NCBI RefSeq assembly: GCF_009914755.1
Contig: NC_060939.1
Strand: one strand, 5' to 3'
DNA from: the human T2T-CHM13v2.0 reference genome, Homo sapiens
DNA length: 64,000 bases
The notes beneath the pieces are model-generated. The model saw nothing but the letters and a program-made list of their open reading frames with translations. It was not told the DNA's origin and did not search any database. Each line of letters opens with the position of its first letter. Positions within the stretch are counted from its first letter, which is position 1. Below, piece by piece: positions 17,021-30,180 of the stretch. Position numbers and translations under genes: made by a program.

Positions 17021-17719
17021 TGAAGCTTCTCCCGGAATGACCCATCTCTCCCTCCTCATTCTGATCATTTCCTCTTTGAATTCCCGTAGTGTTAGGTATG
17101 CCCTCCTCTTCCAGCACTGAATCCAGCCTTGCCTCGCATTAGAGTCATTTGTACACCTGACCTTAATCCCCCTGAGGGCAGGGATAGTTTGTGTTTATCC
17201 CAAAGTCCTGAAACAACTAGTACAGAACCTGAGACACAGGAAGGCCCCAGAATTGCCTGCCGAATAGAACAGTGATAGTGCTGAATTTGGTTCCTCCTTT
17301 AACCTGTGTGACCCCAGACGTTTGTTTTCTATGAAGCCTCAAAACATGGTTATGTTTCCTAATTTACAACGAACACATGGAAACCCATGTTTTGAAAACG
17401 GGGGTGGGGAGGATGAACTGAAGGCAGCCTCTTCAGCCAAGTTCCAAAGGCCAGGTGGCCCACTGTGAACCTTGTTTAACCACACAGAACATATGAATAG
17501 CTACAACAAGGGATCTAACAGTTACCAGAATGTTTTCAGAAAGGTGACTTCAGAAGTGCCAAGCTTCAGGAAGACCTGGACTGAGAAGGGATCAGACAAC
17601 TTTAGGAAAGCAGGTACCAAACAGCCCTTTTACAGTTTACACACAGGCCTTGGTGTCAGAAAAATACTGGTTTGAGTACTGGTTATGCATCAGAGATGCC
17701 ACTCTGGACAAGCTCCTTA

Positions 17720-18022
<303 letters not shown>

Positions 18023-18401
18023 TCAAGAGGTTGCTGTGAACACCAGAAGAAGCAATACACACCAAGTGCCTACAGATAGTAAGCACTTGGTAAAAATGTA
18101 ACTGCCATTAACAATAAATATGATGCTCACAGGGTCAGTGGAAAAAGTAGTGGAAAGTAGGAGTGGTGGGAACAGAACAGGAGGGAACAAAGCACCTCTG
18201 AGTAGACCTTTCTGTATAGCTCCGACTCTTATTATGTTTCACCGTAATAATTCATTAAAACTAGGATAGGAAGGCTGAGGGTGTTTTTGGAATACAAACA
18301 CTAATGAACCAAACTGCATTATAAATAGTGGCCACACTGAAAGGGATGAAGAAGAAAATAACTAATTTTGGAAAACAGTATTTTGACTGGATACTGTAAG
18401 G

Positions 18402-18609
18402 CAAGCTTGTCCAACCTGCAGCCCAGGATGGCTTTGCATGTGGCCCAAAACCAATTAGTAAACTTTCTTAAAACATTATGAAATTTTTTTGTGATTTTTT
18501 TTTTTAGCTCATCAGCTATTGTTAGTGTTAGTGTATTTTTATGTGTGGCCCAAGACAATTCTTCTTTTTCCAGTGTGACCCAGGGAAGCCAAAAGTTTGG
18601 CCACCCCTG
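18402..18609 (-). mobile_element. MER30 (hAT-Charlie MITE)
   Basis: caagcttgtccaacc...gccacccctg, reverse match to recalled MER30 consensus. Confidence 0.85.
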
Positions 18610-19185
18610 CTGTAAGGCTTAGGACAAAAATATTTCTCCACAAACAATGGACTCCAGTTAATCAATCTGTCACAGGCATATGGAACTACTTTATGATACT
18701 AGGGTCAAACAAATAAGTGAATAAAGTGTACATAACAAGAGCCACACTTCCCACTGTTGAAAAGGCTAAAAAGAAGGAAGAGGGGGAGGCTAGGATGAAA
18801 TCTGTGCTTGGATTAAAGCGGAAACATTCGTTATCAACTCATGTTTATTTTAATATGTATACAGACAGATACAGAAACAGATGTAGATGTGTGTATATGT
18901 GTGGTTAGTATGCATGTTTTATTTCCTAATCCTATCCACTGGGAGGACCTACAAAAAATTTACAAATTTTTTATATGACACTCCAATAGAAATCGGCATG
19001 CCTAGTACCACATCCTGGTTTCTAACAGCATTCTCCAATATCAGAACCAGGGCTCCTTGAAGTAATGGCTGATTCTGGGTCAGGGTAGAGAAAACACAAG
19101 ATGAGCCTTGTAGTGCCAGAGTGTATTGTAGTGCCAGAAAATAGACACACTCAAAAAAGGGTAGTGGCATAACAAGAGGACACGG
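18610..19185 (+). mobile_element. L1MC-type 3' fragment
   Basis: ccagggctccttgaagtaatggctgattct...gaaaacacaagatgagcctt motifs. Confidence 0.6.
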
Positions 19186-19463
19186 GGCGATCGGAAGATG
19201 CGGGGCAAAAAGTTCCAGGCAGAGGAAAAAATTTCCAAGTTTGACAGAGGGCAAAAATTTCCAGCCACATGAAAAATAATCAAACCTTTGACTTATGTTC
19301 AGAGCTCTCAGATATTGCCATCATTAAAGGAACAGAAAAAAATGTTGGGAAAGGAAGTTCTACTGAAAAGCTACCAAGTTTGAATGTCACTTCACTCATG
19401 AATCATGATGAGAAAGTCCATTATGAAGTACATCCATATTGTGTAAAGAGAAAACTTGAAACT

Positions 19464-19787
19464 TTCTTTCTTTCTGTTTGTTTGTTTGTTTGTTTTTGAG
19501 ACAGAGCCTCACTCTGTTGCGCAGGCTGGAGTACAGTGAAACAATTTTGGCTCACTGCAACCTCCATCTCCCGAGTTCTAGAGATTCTCCTGCCTCAGCC
19601 TCCTGAGTAACTGGGATTACAGGCACCCACCACCACACCTGGGTAATTTTTGTGTGTTTTTTTTTTTAGTACAGATGAGGTTTCATCATTTTGGCCAGGC
19701 TCGTCTCCAACTCCTAACCTCAGGTGATCTTCCTGCCTCAGCCTCCCAAAGTGCTGGGGTTATAGGCATAAGCCATCTCACCTAGCT
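19464..19787 (-). mobile_element. Alu (AluS)
   Basis: Antisense dimer with (TTTG)n tail. Confidence 0.95.
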
Positions 19788-20037
19788 GATTTATTTCTAT
19801 TATAGGTTGAATTACATACATTTCTGATGCTATGCCACTGCACTCCACTGCACTCCATAACCTTAAAAAAATGGCAATTTCATATGTATTAGCCTAACAC
19901 ATTACCTAGGGTCTCCAGTGCCATGTTCAGTAGATACAGCGATAGAAGGTACCCTTGTCTATGTCCTAACTTTGACGAAAAGCACTTCTAAAATTTTACT
20001 ATTAAGTATGATAATTGCTTTACATTAAGGAAGATAG

Positions 20038-20189
20038 GGCCGGGTGTGGTGGCGCACAGCTGTAACCTCAGCACTTTGGAAGGCTGTGGGGAGGATTGCT
20101 TGAGCTGGGGAGGTGGAGGTTGCAGTGAGCCAAGATGTTGACACTACACCCCAGCCTGGGTGACAGTGAGACCTTGTCTTAAAAAAAAA
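20038..20189 (+). mobile_element. Monomer-length Alu (FAM-like or internally deleted)
   Basis: Left-arm start joined to right-arm end with poly-A. Confidence 0.85.
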
Positions 20190-20937
20190 GGAAGCTAGCT
20201 TGCTAATAGTGCATTATCTGATGTTGACTCTGCCCTTGCATTATTGTAATAAAACCTAATTCACCATGATGCATTATTTGTGTGTGTGTACATTGCTGTA
20301 TTCAACTTGGTATTATTTTACTTAAAGTTTTGGAATTCATGTTCCTAAAAGTTAATAATAGTTAACATCTATTTGGTTTTCTATGTTCTGGGTCTTGTTA
20401 AGTTACTTTCCTTGAATTATTTCATTTCATCCTAGAAGGCTTATTGTAAAGGTTATTTCCCCCTTTATCAATGAGGAAGTGAAGGCCCAGTGAAGGCAAG
20501 CCATTTTCCCTAAGGTCACAGGGAGGATAAGTAGTGGCAGCAGGAATACAAATCCGGATTTCCTGGCTCCAGAGGCCAAGCACTAAGCACTGCCCTGTGC
20601 CCTCTCCCTGTGACAAAGACTCGTCATTCAGACTGTTCCATCGTGAACTTTCCTTGGACATCCTTTTGTGCCAAGCTTTGTACCAAGATTATATTATTCT
20701 TGATAGATAATTAAATAGCTCTTTTTCTTTTATTAAAAAAACTTGTCAAACTTTTATAAAGACCTATTTAATCCTATCACCTTTGCTAGCCTGACGTTGA
20801 CAGTTTTGCAGTGGCCTACAGGTTTTACAGCATGTGCAAGCTCCTGTCCTGGGGATACTGGGAAGGTATACATCCCATAAAGCCAGGGATACAGACCACA
20901 GAGCAGCAGCAGACTCCCCCACCCTCCAGCACCCTTG

Positions 20938-21260
<323 letters not shown>

Positions 21261-21467
21261 AGCATGCTTTCAAGTACTGGGGTACACCTAAGCTCTCAGC
21301 TTCTAGCTAGGAGTCATTTGGTACCCCTTTATCCCAAAAGACCTGTCACTGTCTTTGGTTTTCAAAGCCCAGCAGGCTCCAGGCTCTTCAGCCTCCAACC
21401 ACTTTGCATTTCTTTACTGCTTTTCATTCATGAAGGTGATTAACTTATTTTTCAGCCTGGGCGTGTC

Positions 21468-21784
21468 TTTTTTATTTACTTAATTTTTTATTTTTATTTT
21501 TTGAGATGGAGTCTCACTCTGTCATCCAGGCTGGAATGCAGTGGTGAGATCTCCGTTCACTGCAACCTCTGCCTCTTGGGTTCAAGTGATTCCCCTGCCT
21601 CAGCCTCCTGAGTAGGTGTGACTACAGGTGTGTGCCACTATGCCTGGCTAATTTTTGTATTTTTAGTAAACACCGGTTTTCACCATGTTGGCCAGGCTGG
21701 TCTTGAGCTCCTGACCTCAGGTGATCAGCCTACCTCGGCCTCCCAAAGTGCTGGGATAACAGGCGTAAGCCACCGCACCTGGCC
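21468..21784 (-). mobile_element. Alu (AluSx-like) at the boundary of the GC-rich block
   Basis: Antisense dimer; base composition rises to its right. Confidence 0.95.
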
Positions 21785-23489
21785 TTTATTTACTTTATAT
21801 ATCTCACCTATTACTGCTGCAGTTTGCAGAAGAGAGGATGCCCTCAACCCTAACTTCTCCACACCATCCCAAAGGGGAAGTCTGCTCCACGTCATCAGTG
21901 TTCTTGTTTTTAAAGACCATATGTCAACATGCCAGATTATAGCAAAAGGATGTCGAGGAAGCAATATGAAAGCAAGCCTCAGAGTCCTGGAGAGAAGGTG
22001 ACAGAGCTGCCTTTTGAAGGTGGTCACTCCCTCAGATTCTGCCCTTCCTGCCTTGTTCCTCCAGTTGTCAGATTTGCTGTTGGGGCCCTCATGGGGGAGG
22101 GGTGGGGGCTGGACTGAGAGGGAGATGGAGAAGCTGCCAGGGGCCATTTGGATCCAGAATTGCAGCAGTTCCAGCCAGGTCCGGAGGTGGTTGCTGTCCC
22201 CCAGCCCCCAAGGGAATGGTACTGATTCCAGAACGTGGCGAGAACTCCCTGGCCAGGAGAAGGAGGTGCTTGCTCCCTTGAATCACCTGAGCCCAGGCTG
22301 GAAGGCCCAAGGGGGACGATGAGGCCAGCTCACTCCAGCTCCATCCCCTCCCTTTAACCCTGAGCTAGTCACCATCCCAGATTCCAGGCCCTTTTCCTAA
22401 GAGCCATCCCAGCAAAGTCTGCAGAGAGCAGCACTCCCTCATGCCAGCTCACCCTGCACTGTCCTTTCTTTCAGCAACCCCATGGGTATGAACTTGAGAT
22501 GATTCATTTTCCTAAAAGCCTCTTTGGGCTGAGGGAATGTGTGGGTGGCTCGGCGAGGTTTGGAGTGGGGGCCACCTCTTCTCAGAGCTGCTGTGAGGGC
22601 CAGGGCCTCCTTCCCTGGAGGTCGTCTGCAGCCTGGGAAGCGGCGCCGAATGGCACTGGCTTTGCAGGCAGCCTAAGTCATCCCCAGCGGCCTGGGAGGC
22701 TGGGGGTGCACCGGCTCCCACTCCCGAGAGGGCCGAGGCTCCTTCCTCACCTAAGAGGTGACTGTCTTGAAGAGTGGACACAGAGGAGCCAGCATCCTGG
22801 ACGGTGAAGGCAGCCAGGAGAAAATCTGCAGCTCAGTCCGAGACAGACGTCTCCTGCAACACAGCTATTGTAGAGACAGGGAAACAAGGCTGAGAGAGAA
22901 GGGGGCTTGCCCAAATCACCAGACCTGGAATGTTTTGAGCTATGGGCGTGGATCTCCCAGGAAACGTGTTTTATGGCACCACCGCCTCTGGTCACCCACC
23001 CCGAGGTGTGGCGGGCCTGGACAGCCAGCTTGACTGAGGGCCAGGCTGGTGAAGTCAAAACTACCACTCAGGAAGAAGACCTAGCCCTTCTCCAGACAGA
23101 GTTCAAATGTGAGGGCTGCCTTCTTTGGGCCTCAGTTTCCCCACCTGAATTCCAAGGACCCTTCTAACTCCCACACTCTGGGCCAAGCCCCAGTCAGCCT
23201 AGAGGACCAGGGCTACATCTTCCTTGGACAGAGACCCAGCATAGGGGCAACAGGAGGTAGGGGTGGGGGTAGGCAAGGTTCCTGTAGGGAGGTGGAGCTG
23301 CCATCAGAGATGGTGACTGCAGGCAGTGTGTGTATCGTGGCTATGCTACTACTTCCTGGGTGACCCCATGACATTTCTTTCCCCACTCTGACCTCAGTTT
23401 CCCTATCTGTTCCATGGAGATAAGATGTCTGCCTACATATTTGGGGACTGGGATGTGTGTGGGGGCCAGTTGCAGTGTTTCTTGGTGTG

Positions 23490-23630
23490 GTCCTGGGGCA
23501 GCCTGCACCACCCCATAGAGTTTGCTGGGCCCCACCCTAGGGTCACAGGACCAGAATCTCTGGGAATGAAGCCTGGGAATTTGCATTTCCACAGGCATCC
23601 GGCAGATTCTGACATGATTGAAAAAGCACT
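23490..23630. mobile_element. MER5A-like fragment
   Basis: cagaatctctgggaatgaagcctgggaatttgcatt...gattctgac motif. Confidence 0.6.
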
Positions 23631-26595
23631 AATAGTATATGGCAAGCTCTTTATAAAAGGTAAATTCATAGCTGCCTTTTACTAAACATAAATCTCACCT
23701 TCCCTTCCTCAGTTAAGGACACACACCCCAGTTGAAAATCACTGTGCCTTTCCAGATGCAGAATCTGACCTTTCCAATAGGATTCTGTTAACTGTTACTT
23801 TCTGTAGTTTGTATTCCAAAACAAGGGGAATATCTTTCCATTTTTTCAATATAAATGTTTAGGTCAAATATGCTTTTTCAAACTGGACACACACTCACAC
23901 AGTTTAGGATTTCAGCTATGGCTTCCTCTCAAATTATTAGCCCGTTTCTGCCAGGGAGCAGTTTTTCCCAGACAAGACCCTGGACAGAGGCTGGTGGGGC
24001 CCCCTCCTCATCAGAATCACTAGATCATGACTGACCCCTAGAGGTGGCTTTTCTGCTTAACAGTCAGCCCATGGGCTGGGATGGGATCCCCAAAGCTGTG
24101 GCAAAATCTTCCACCCATCCTGGGCCCCCCTGCCATCTGTGGGGAAAGGCCTGTCCCTTGTCTTCTGGGCCCAGCCGGCCTCACACTCATTCAGCAGACT
24201 GGAAAGTCGAAGCATGTGCTGTGCTTGGCTGGGCTCTGCTGTGCCCCTTTTTGGGGTGAGGCAGAGTGTATTCCAGCCCCCAGCATCCCTGCCGTTTATT
24301 CCCACCCCTCATCCCCACCCCCATACACACTCACAAGTACAAACACAAGCACAGTCACGGGCACACACCACCCTGGACAGCACCATTTCCAGCCTCAGCG
24401 GGGCAGTCTCCTTACAGGGAAGTTAATGAGGCACTAAAGAAGGCTCAGGGGACAGGGAGAACCTCTGTCAAAAAGAGGTTCCTAGACCTGGTTCTGCCTC
24501 TGACTTGCTGGGGGTCCTTGAGAAAGCTGCTTCCCCTTTTTGGCCTGTTTCCTCAGCTGAGAAATGGGGGGTCGGCCAAATGGTCTAAGGTTCTGGGAAC
24601 CCCTAAGTCAGAGCCCATAGCTGGTGGTCAAGATGAGGGAGAGGCCCTCAGGGTCAGCCGAATGCCAGAGAGGCAGGACAGGCCCAAAGGTGAGTAACCT
24701 GAGCACATCAGGTGGGTTCAGAACAGGTGCATGAGCCCCACAGCCTGCACAGCAGCTCTGAACTTGGGAGCCCACTTGCACCAGCCCAGTGGGACTTCAG
24801 AGATGTGGGGTCCAGCCTCTCCTACTATTGCAGGGCTAGGGGCTGGGAGCTGCAGATTCTGACCCCACAGCTGCCTTAGACATGCCAGATGGGCTGGGGA
24901 AAGACACACCCCTCTCTATGAAATGAGCACTCAGTCCAAATAGGTAAACTAAAGAAGGGCTGTGGGATGCACCCAGCTGTAGCCTGGGGCTACAGACTGG
25001 CTTCCAGGGTACTCAAGCAGCTGGCCTCTTGGGTAGCAGCCCCGGGTATGAGAGGCAGGACTCAGAATCTAGGCCAAGCCTCCACAGGAATCCCCTCTGG
25101 AGAGCCCGGGCACTCTGCAGGAAGGGCAGGAGGCAGCAGGTGCACCAGGAGCATGTTCCACAAGGTGCCCAATATTGCATCTGCTCAGATAGGCAGCGAG
25201 TTGGAATGTGGATGCAGTAGGCAGAGTGGCAGCTGCTCCCTACGGCCAGGAGTCCAGCCCAGCACCCACCTGAGTCCACCTCAGTCCTGCTCAACTGGGT
25301 CATCCGTGCTCTGGGCCCTCTGGTCCCACCCACAGAGGGAGGGCTTTGGAGCGACCAGGTGAGCTGGCCACTGTGGGAGGATGTAAAAACTCCTGAGCCT
25401 GGCGAGCCAGGCAGCCCCTTGCCAGCATCCCCACACCCACCTCTCCAGCCCCCCGCATTCCCTGATCCTCCCATCCGCTCCCCTGACCCAGCAGTTTCCT
25501 CTGCTCACTCTTTTCCTGCTCCCAGGCTCGCCTGGTCATGTGTCCTTCACTCTCCTCTGAGTCTCCCTCTTTCCAAGCCGCCTCCACTCTACTTGACACA
25601 CTCTCCCTTAAGACACCAGAGTACACAAGCGCAAGTCCCTGCACCTCACCTTTACTCCCAGACATGGGAGGGAGATGACATGAAGACCCAAACGCCACTT
25701 AGCAGGAGATCTGGGGTATGCAGAGGGGCAGATCGGAGGCTGTGGAAGCTCCAGGGGCTCCCTGCAGGAGGCCGCATGTAAGCTGGCTATTGAATGTGGC
25801 TCTGAGCTGAGACCTCTCCTTGAAGCTCCAGACCAGGAGCCAGCTGCTAGCTGGACCCCTCCATTTGGTGCCTCAGAGAAACCTTGCACTCCATAGATCT
25901 GACTCTGAACCCCGAATATCCCATCTCAGCCCTGTCTCTTCATAGGGAAAGCACCACCTCTGACCCAGTTCTGCACCAAACCCACACTTGAGTGATGGGG
26001 CTCCTGCCCTGCACTGTGAGCACTCTGGATAAGCCAGAGCTGAGGGGGAAAGAGCTCTGAATGCCAAGCCAAAACATGAGTTTCAACTCCACCTCCAGCT
26101 CTGAGAGCTGTGGGTAGGGAAGGGCCCAAGTCCAGTTTGCTGTAGAAAGACCAGTCTGCCACTGTATGGCACATGGATGGCACGGGCAGAGTGCAGGTGG
26201 AGAGAATAGAAGGTGGGCAGGGCGGGGGAGGCAGGGACATGGCTGTAGCCGTGGAGATGGGAGGACAGACAGGACTTGGTGGCCACTTATATGAACCAAG
26301 GGAGGGGTCAGGAAGAGACACCCAGTTTTGTATCAGATGTGTAGAGCGTGGGATGCTGTTCATTGATTGAGGGAGGAGGAGGAGGAAGAGGTATGGCATG
26401 GGAGGAGGTAGCTGAGCTCTGTCATGAATGTCATTTGAAGTCCCCAGGGAGAGCCAGGCCGGCCAGCCCCTTCACTGCTTCAGCCAGCTCTCAGGGTGTC
26501 TGTGCTCCCTGGCCCTCTCAGCTCCTGCTTCATAGCTGTCAGCTGCAGTGGGGGACAGCTGCACAAGGACCAAGCAGGTCTGTGTGTTTACGCAG

Positions 26596-26743
26596 GGTTC
26601 TGCCGCATGGCCCTGCCGAGCAGAAGCTGATGGACGACCTTCTGAACAAAACCCGTTACCACAACCTGATCCGCCCAGCCGCCAGCTCCTCACAGCTCAT
26701 CTCCATCGAGATGGAGCTCTCCCTGGCCCAGTGCATCAGTGTG
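26596..26743 (+). pseudogene. Isolated CHRNB4 (nicotinic receptor beta-4) exon 2 paralog with 1-nt deletion
   Basis: Translates AEQKLMDDLLNKTRYHNLIRPAASSSQLISIEMELSLAQCISV versus recalled CHRNB4 AEEKLMDDLLNKTRYNNLIRPATSSSQLISIKLQLSLAQLISV; cgcag acceptor and GTG|gtaggt donor intact; frame breaks near the 5' end; exons 1 and 3 not found. Confidence 0.9.
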
Positions 26744-28345
26744 GTAGGTGCAGAGGGCACCTGTGGCTCAGGCTCAGGCGAAGAGGCAGCTCATGCCCAA
26801 GCCCAAAGCAATCAATGTCCAGAGGAATGAAATGACTAGAGTTGACTTAGACTCACCAATACATGGCGGGGAGGCTGGAGGAGGGTCCATGAGGTTTATA
26901 GGTGTCCAATATTTAATGAGGTCATGGTTTTGTTAACAAAGAAGAAATGAGGGTGGGAGCAGGATCACCACTGGCTAGGCAGCCAATGGGCCTGCAGAGA
27001 CTCTGCTCAGCTGAGTCTCCAGCACGACCATCAGCTTCTCCTCCTCATCCTCCCAGCCCCACCCTACTCTCTCCCCCAGCTTGCTCAACAGGTGACCTTA
27101 CAGGCTCCCTACTCTTTGCGAGGAATAAGAACCAGACTGCGAGAACCGATGGGTACAGAGGCCCAGGTGTAGGGGCAGGACCACAGGCAGTGCAGCGTCT
27201 ACTGAGCGAGGCGGGTGAGGGTCTGGAGAGTGGGCATGGCTGCTGCAGGCATGGAAAGGAGGCGCAGATGGCGGCACTCCCAGGGCCCATCGTCAGGGTC
27301 TCCATATGTGGACGTGTGCAGAGGTGGGGGTGCTGAGCGAGGAGGTGCATGGAGTTTCTCATCTTCTCTCTACTGCCTCTGAGTTGGAGATGTCAGAGGG
27401 AGCCATGGCCCACTGTAAAGTAACACAATGTCCCCACCCACAGGGTTAGAACCTCTCCTCTGGAAGCAGCTCTGAGGGGAACAGTCACATGTAGAGAGTG
27501 CAGGGCGCTGTGTCCAGCCGGGGGAAGGAGGTCACCAAGCAGGTTGACCCTCCCCTGGCCAGGTGGCTGCCTTCTGACACACCAGCCTCTCTCTCTAGCA
27601 TGGTGGCCCCCACACACCCAGCCTGTGAAACCTACAGCCCTCAAGAAGGTTTTGGCCGAATTAATGAGTAGCTCCCTCTCCCAGGAGGAAGCACAGGTGA
27701 AGGATGCGGAGGGCAGTAGAGTTGTGTGTGCTCCGCCCCCTTTCTCCACAGTCGGACGGGAAAGAAGGGGGCTTTCAACCAGGCTCACCCAGGCTGGGGT
27801 CTGAGTGTCACTGTCCAGCTATTGGCTTCTTGCTTAACGGGTGAGCCCAGCAGCTCCCGTGCAGCTGCCGCCCTAGTTAGGGTGAACCGGCAGGCGAGTT
27901 GCATTTCTGAAAGCCCGGGAAGACAGTAAATATTAGGCTGTGGGCTGCTGGGCCAGGAAGGGGTGTTTATTTTTCAGGGTTTGTTTATCTATTGACTTGA
28001 TGAGGGAGGGTTATACGTACAACCAGTTAAAAGATGGAAATTTTGAGAGAGTAGGCAGGGATTTAGTGCTGGGTAAGGCAAGAAGGCTTGTCAAAGCAGC
28101 TCTTCTGGGGAGGCCAGAATCCTGTACCAATGTCCTCAGCACGTTCTTCAGCTGCTGGGGGAGTGCCAGACAGGATGAAAGCGTAGGAGAACTTTCTGGA
28201 TGATAGAAATACCCTATATCTTCAAAGGAGGTGGGTTACATGGGTAATGCATTTGTTGAAACTGATCAAAATGGAAACCAGATCTGTGCATTTCACTGAA
28301 TATAAATTATACCTCAAATTAAATACATTTCTTAAAAGACAGATG

Positions 28346-28657
<312 letters not shown>

Positions 28658-29268
28658 AGATGAAGGTTTTCAACTTTCACTAAAGGCAGAGGAGCTTGTT
28701 ACAGATTCGCCTCCCCATAGGAACAGTTAGAAAAACTGGACAAAAATGTGCCCCACCACCAAAAACAATTGTTGGAAGGTAATTGGAGACCTCAGCCAGC
28801 ACTTGAGTGACCAGGCCTGGGAGGTGATCCTGACAGTCTGTAGTGCTTTTCCCACATTTGGTGATCGGTCAACAGTAGAGGGCTAAGAGGCTAAGAAACT
28901 GAATATGAAGTGGTAGTTAAGGGGCTGGAGAGCCTAGCTGAATGTTGGCACTCTCACAGGGCTGAAATGACCTAATGAGAATTTGGGTCCCAGGAAGGAG
29001 ATGGGACATTGGTGGGGACCCTGGAAGGGCCACCCCTAGGAGTCCAAATGAATAAAATATAGACCAGCCATCACAAAACCTAAAACCTGCTTTGAACTAG
29101 CTTAGTCACAAACTAGATGAAGGCGATCTGCCCTTACTCCAATTGTGTGCCATAAAGTCAAAGTCAATACTCTCTGGAGGCAGATAAAACTTTACTAGGA
29201 ATGCCATAAGACAACATCAGACTAAATGAGAAAGACCAAGAAAAAAACTAATAGAAACATACATGTAA

Positions 29269-29545
<277 letters not shown>

Positions 29546-30180
29546 AGTATTTTGCCAAAATTTAAAATAAATAAATTTTCTTTTTTTTTTTTTCAGGTTT
29601 GTGCTCAGACTCTATTCTAAACAGTCACATGGCAGCTTACTCTTCTCCAGGCCTTGCTGCCGGCTTTTACATGTTTATTATATTTGTGTTCTTGTCATCT
29701 GCTTGGTAGATGGCAGCTTCCAGGTGCTCCTAAGGGGCCAGGAAAGAGAGTGAGAAGGCACCGAGTTTGCCAGGTCGTCCCCCTCAGGGCCCCACCCTCA
29801 TCAACTCCCTCAGCTGGGTCTCCTGCAACTATTGGTGGGCCATCTCAGCCACCGCTTCGCCCTGAGCTTCCTGCTGCTGCAGCTGGGCAGTGCCTCCTTC
29901 CCAGAGGCCAGCTGCTGATAGGCGGCCACGTACTGCTGCAGGTGACCCCGGTAGTGGTCTTGCTGCTGCTGCAGACTCTGAGCCTCTTGGCTCTTCAGCT
30001 CCACCTGCAGGATAGGCGTCAGGGTAGGTAGTCGCTGGCTTCCAGATTCTGGGCCCATAAACAGGGTGGCAAGGGCACTGCGGGGCTCTGTCGCCTGCTC
30101 AGGCCCCTGGCCCTGGCCCCTTCCTCCAGGCCTAAGTGACTGCCTCCCTTGCCTAGAGGCCCATGCCTCCCTCCCCAGCC

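Noticed and set aside
21929-28203. Dense 60-160 aa ORFs in the GC-rich block
   Set aside because: Expected from low stop frequency; only the CHRNB4-like segment has recognisable homology
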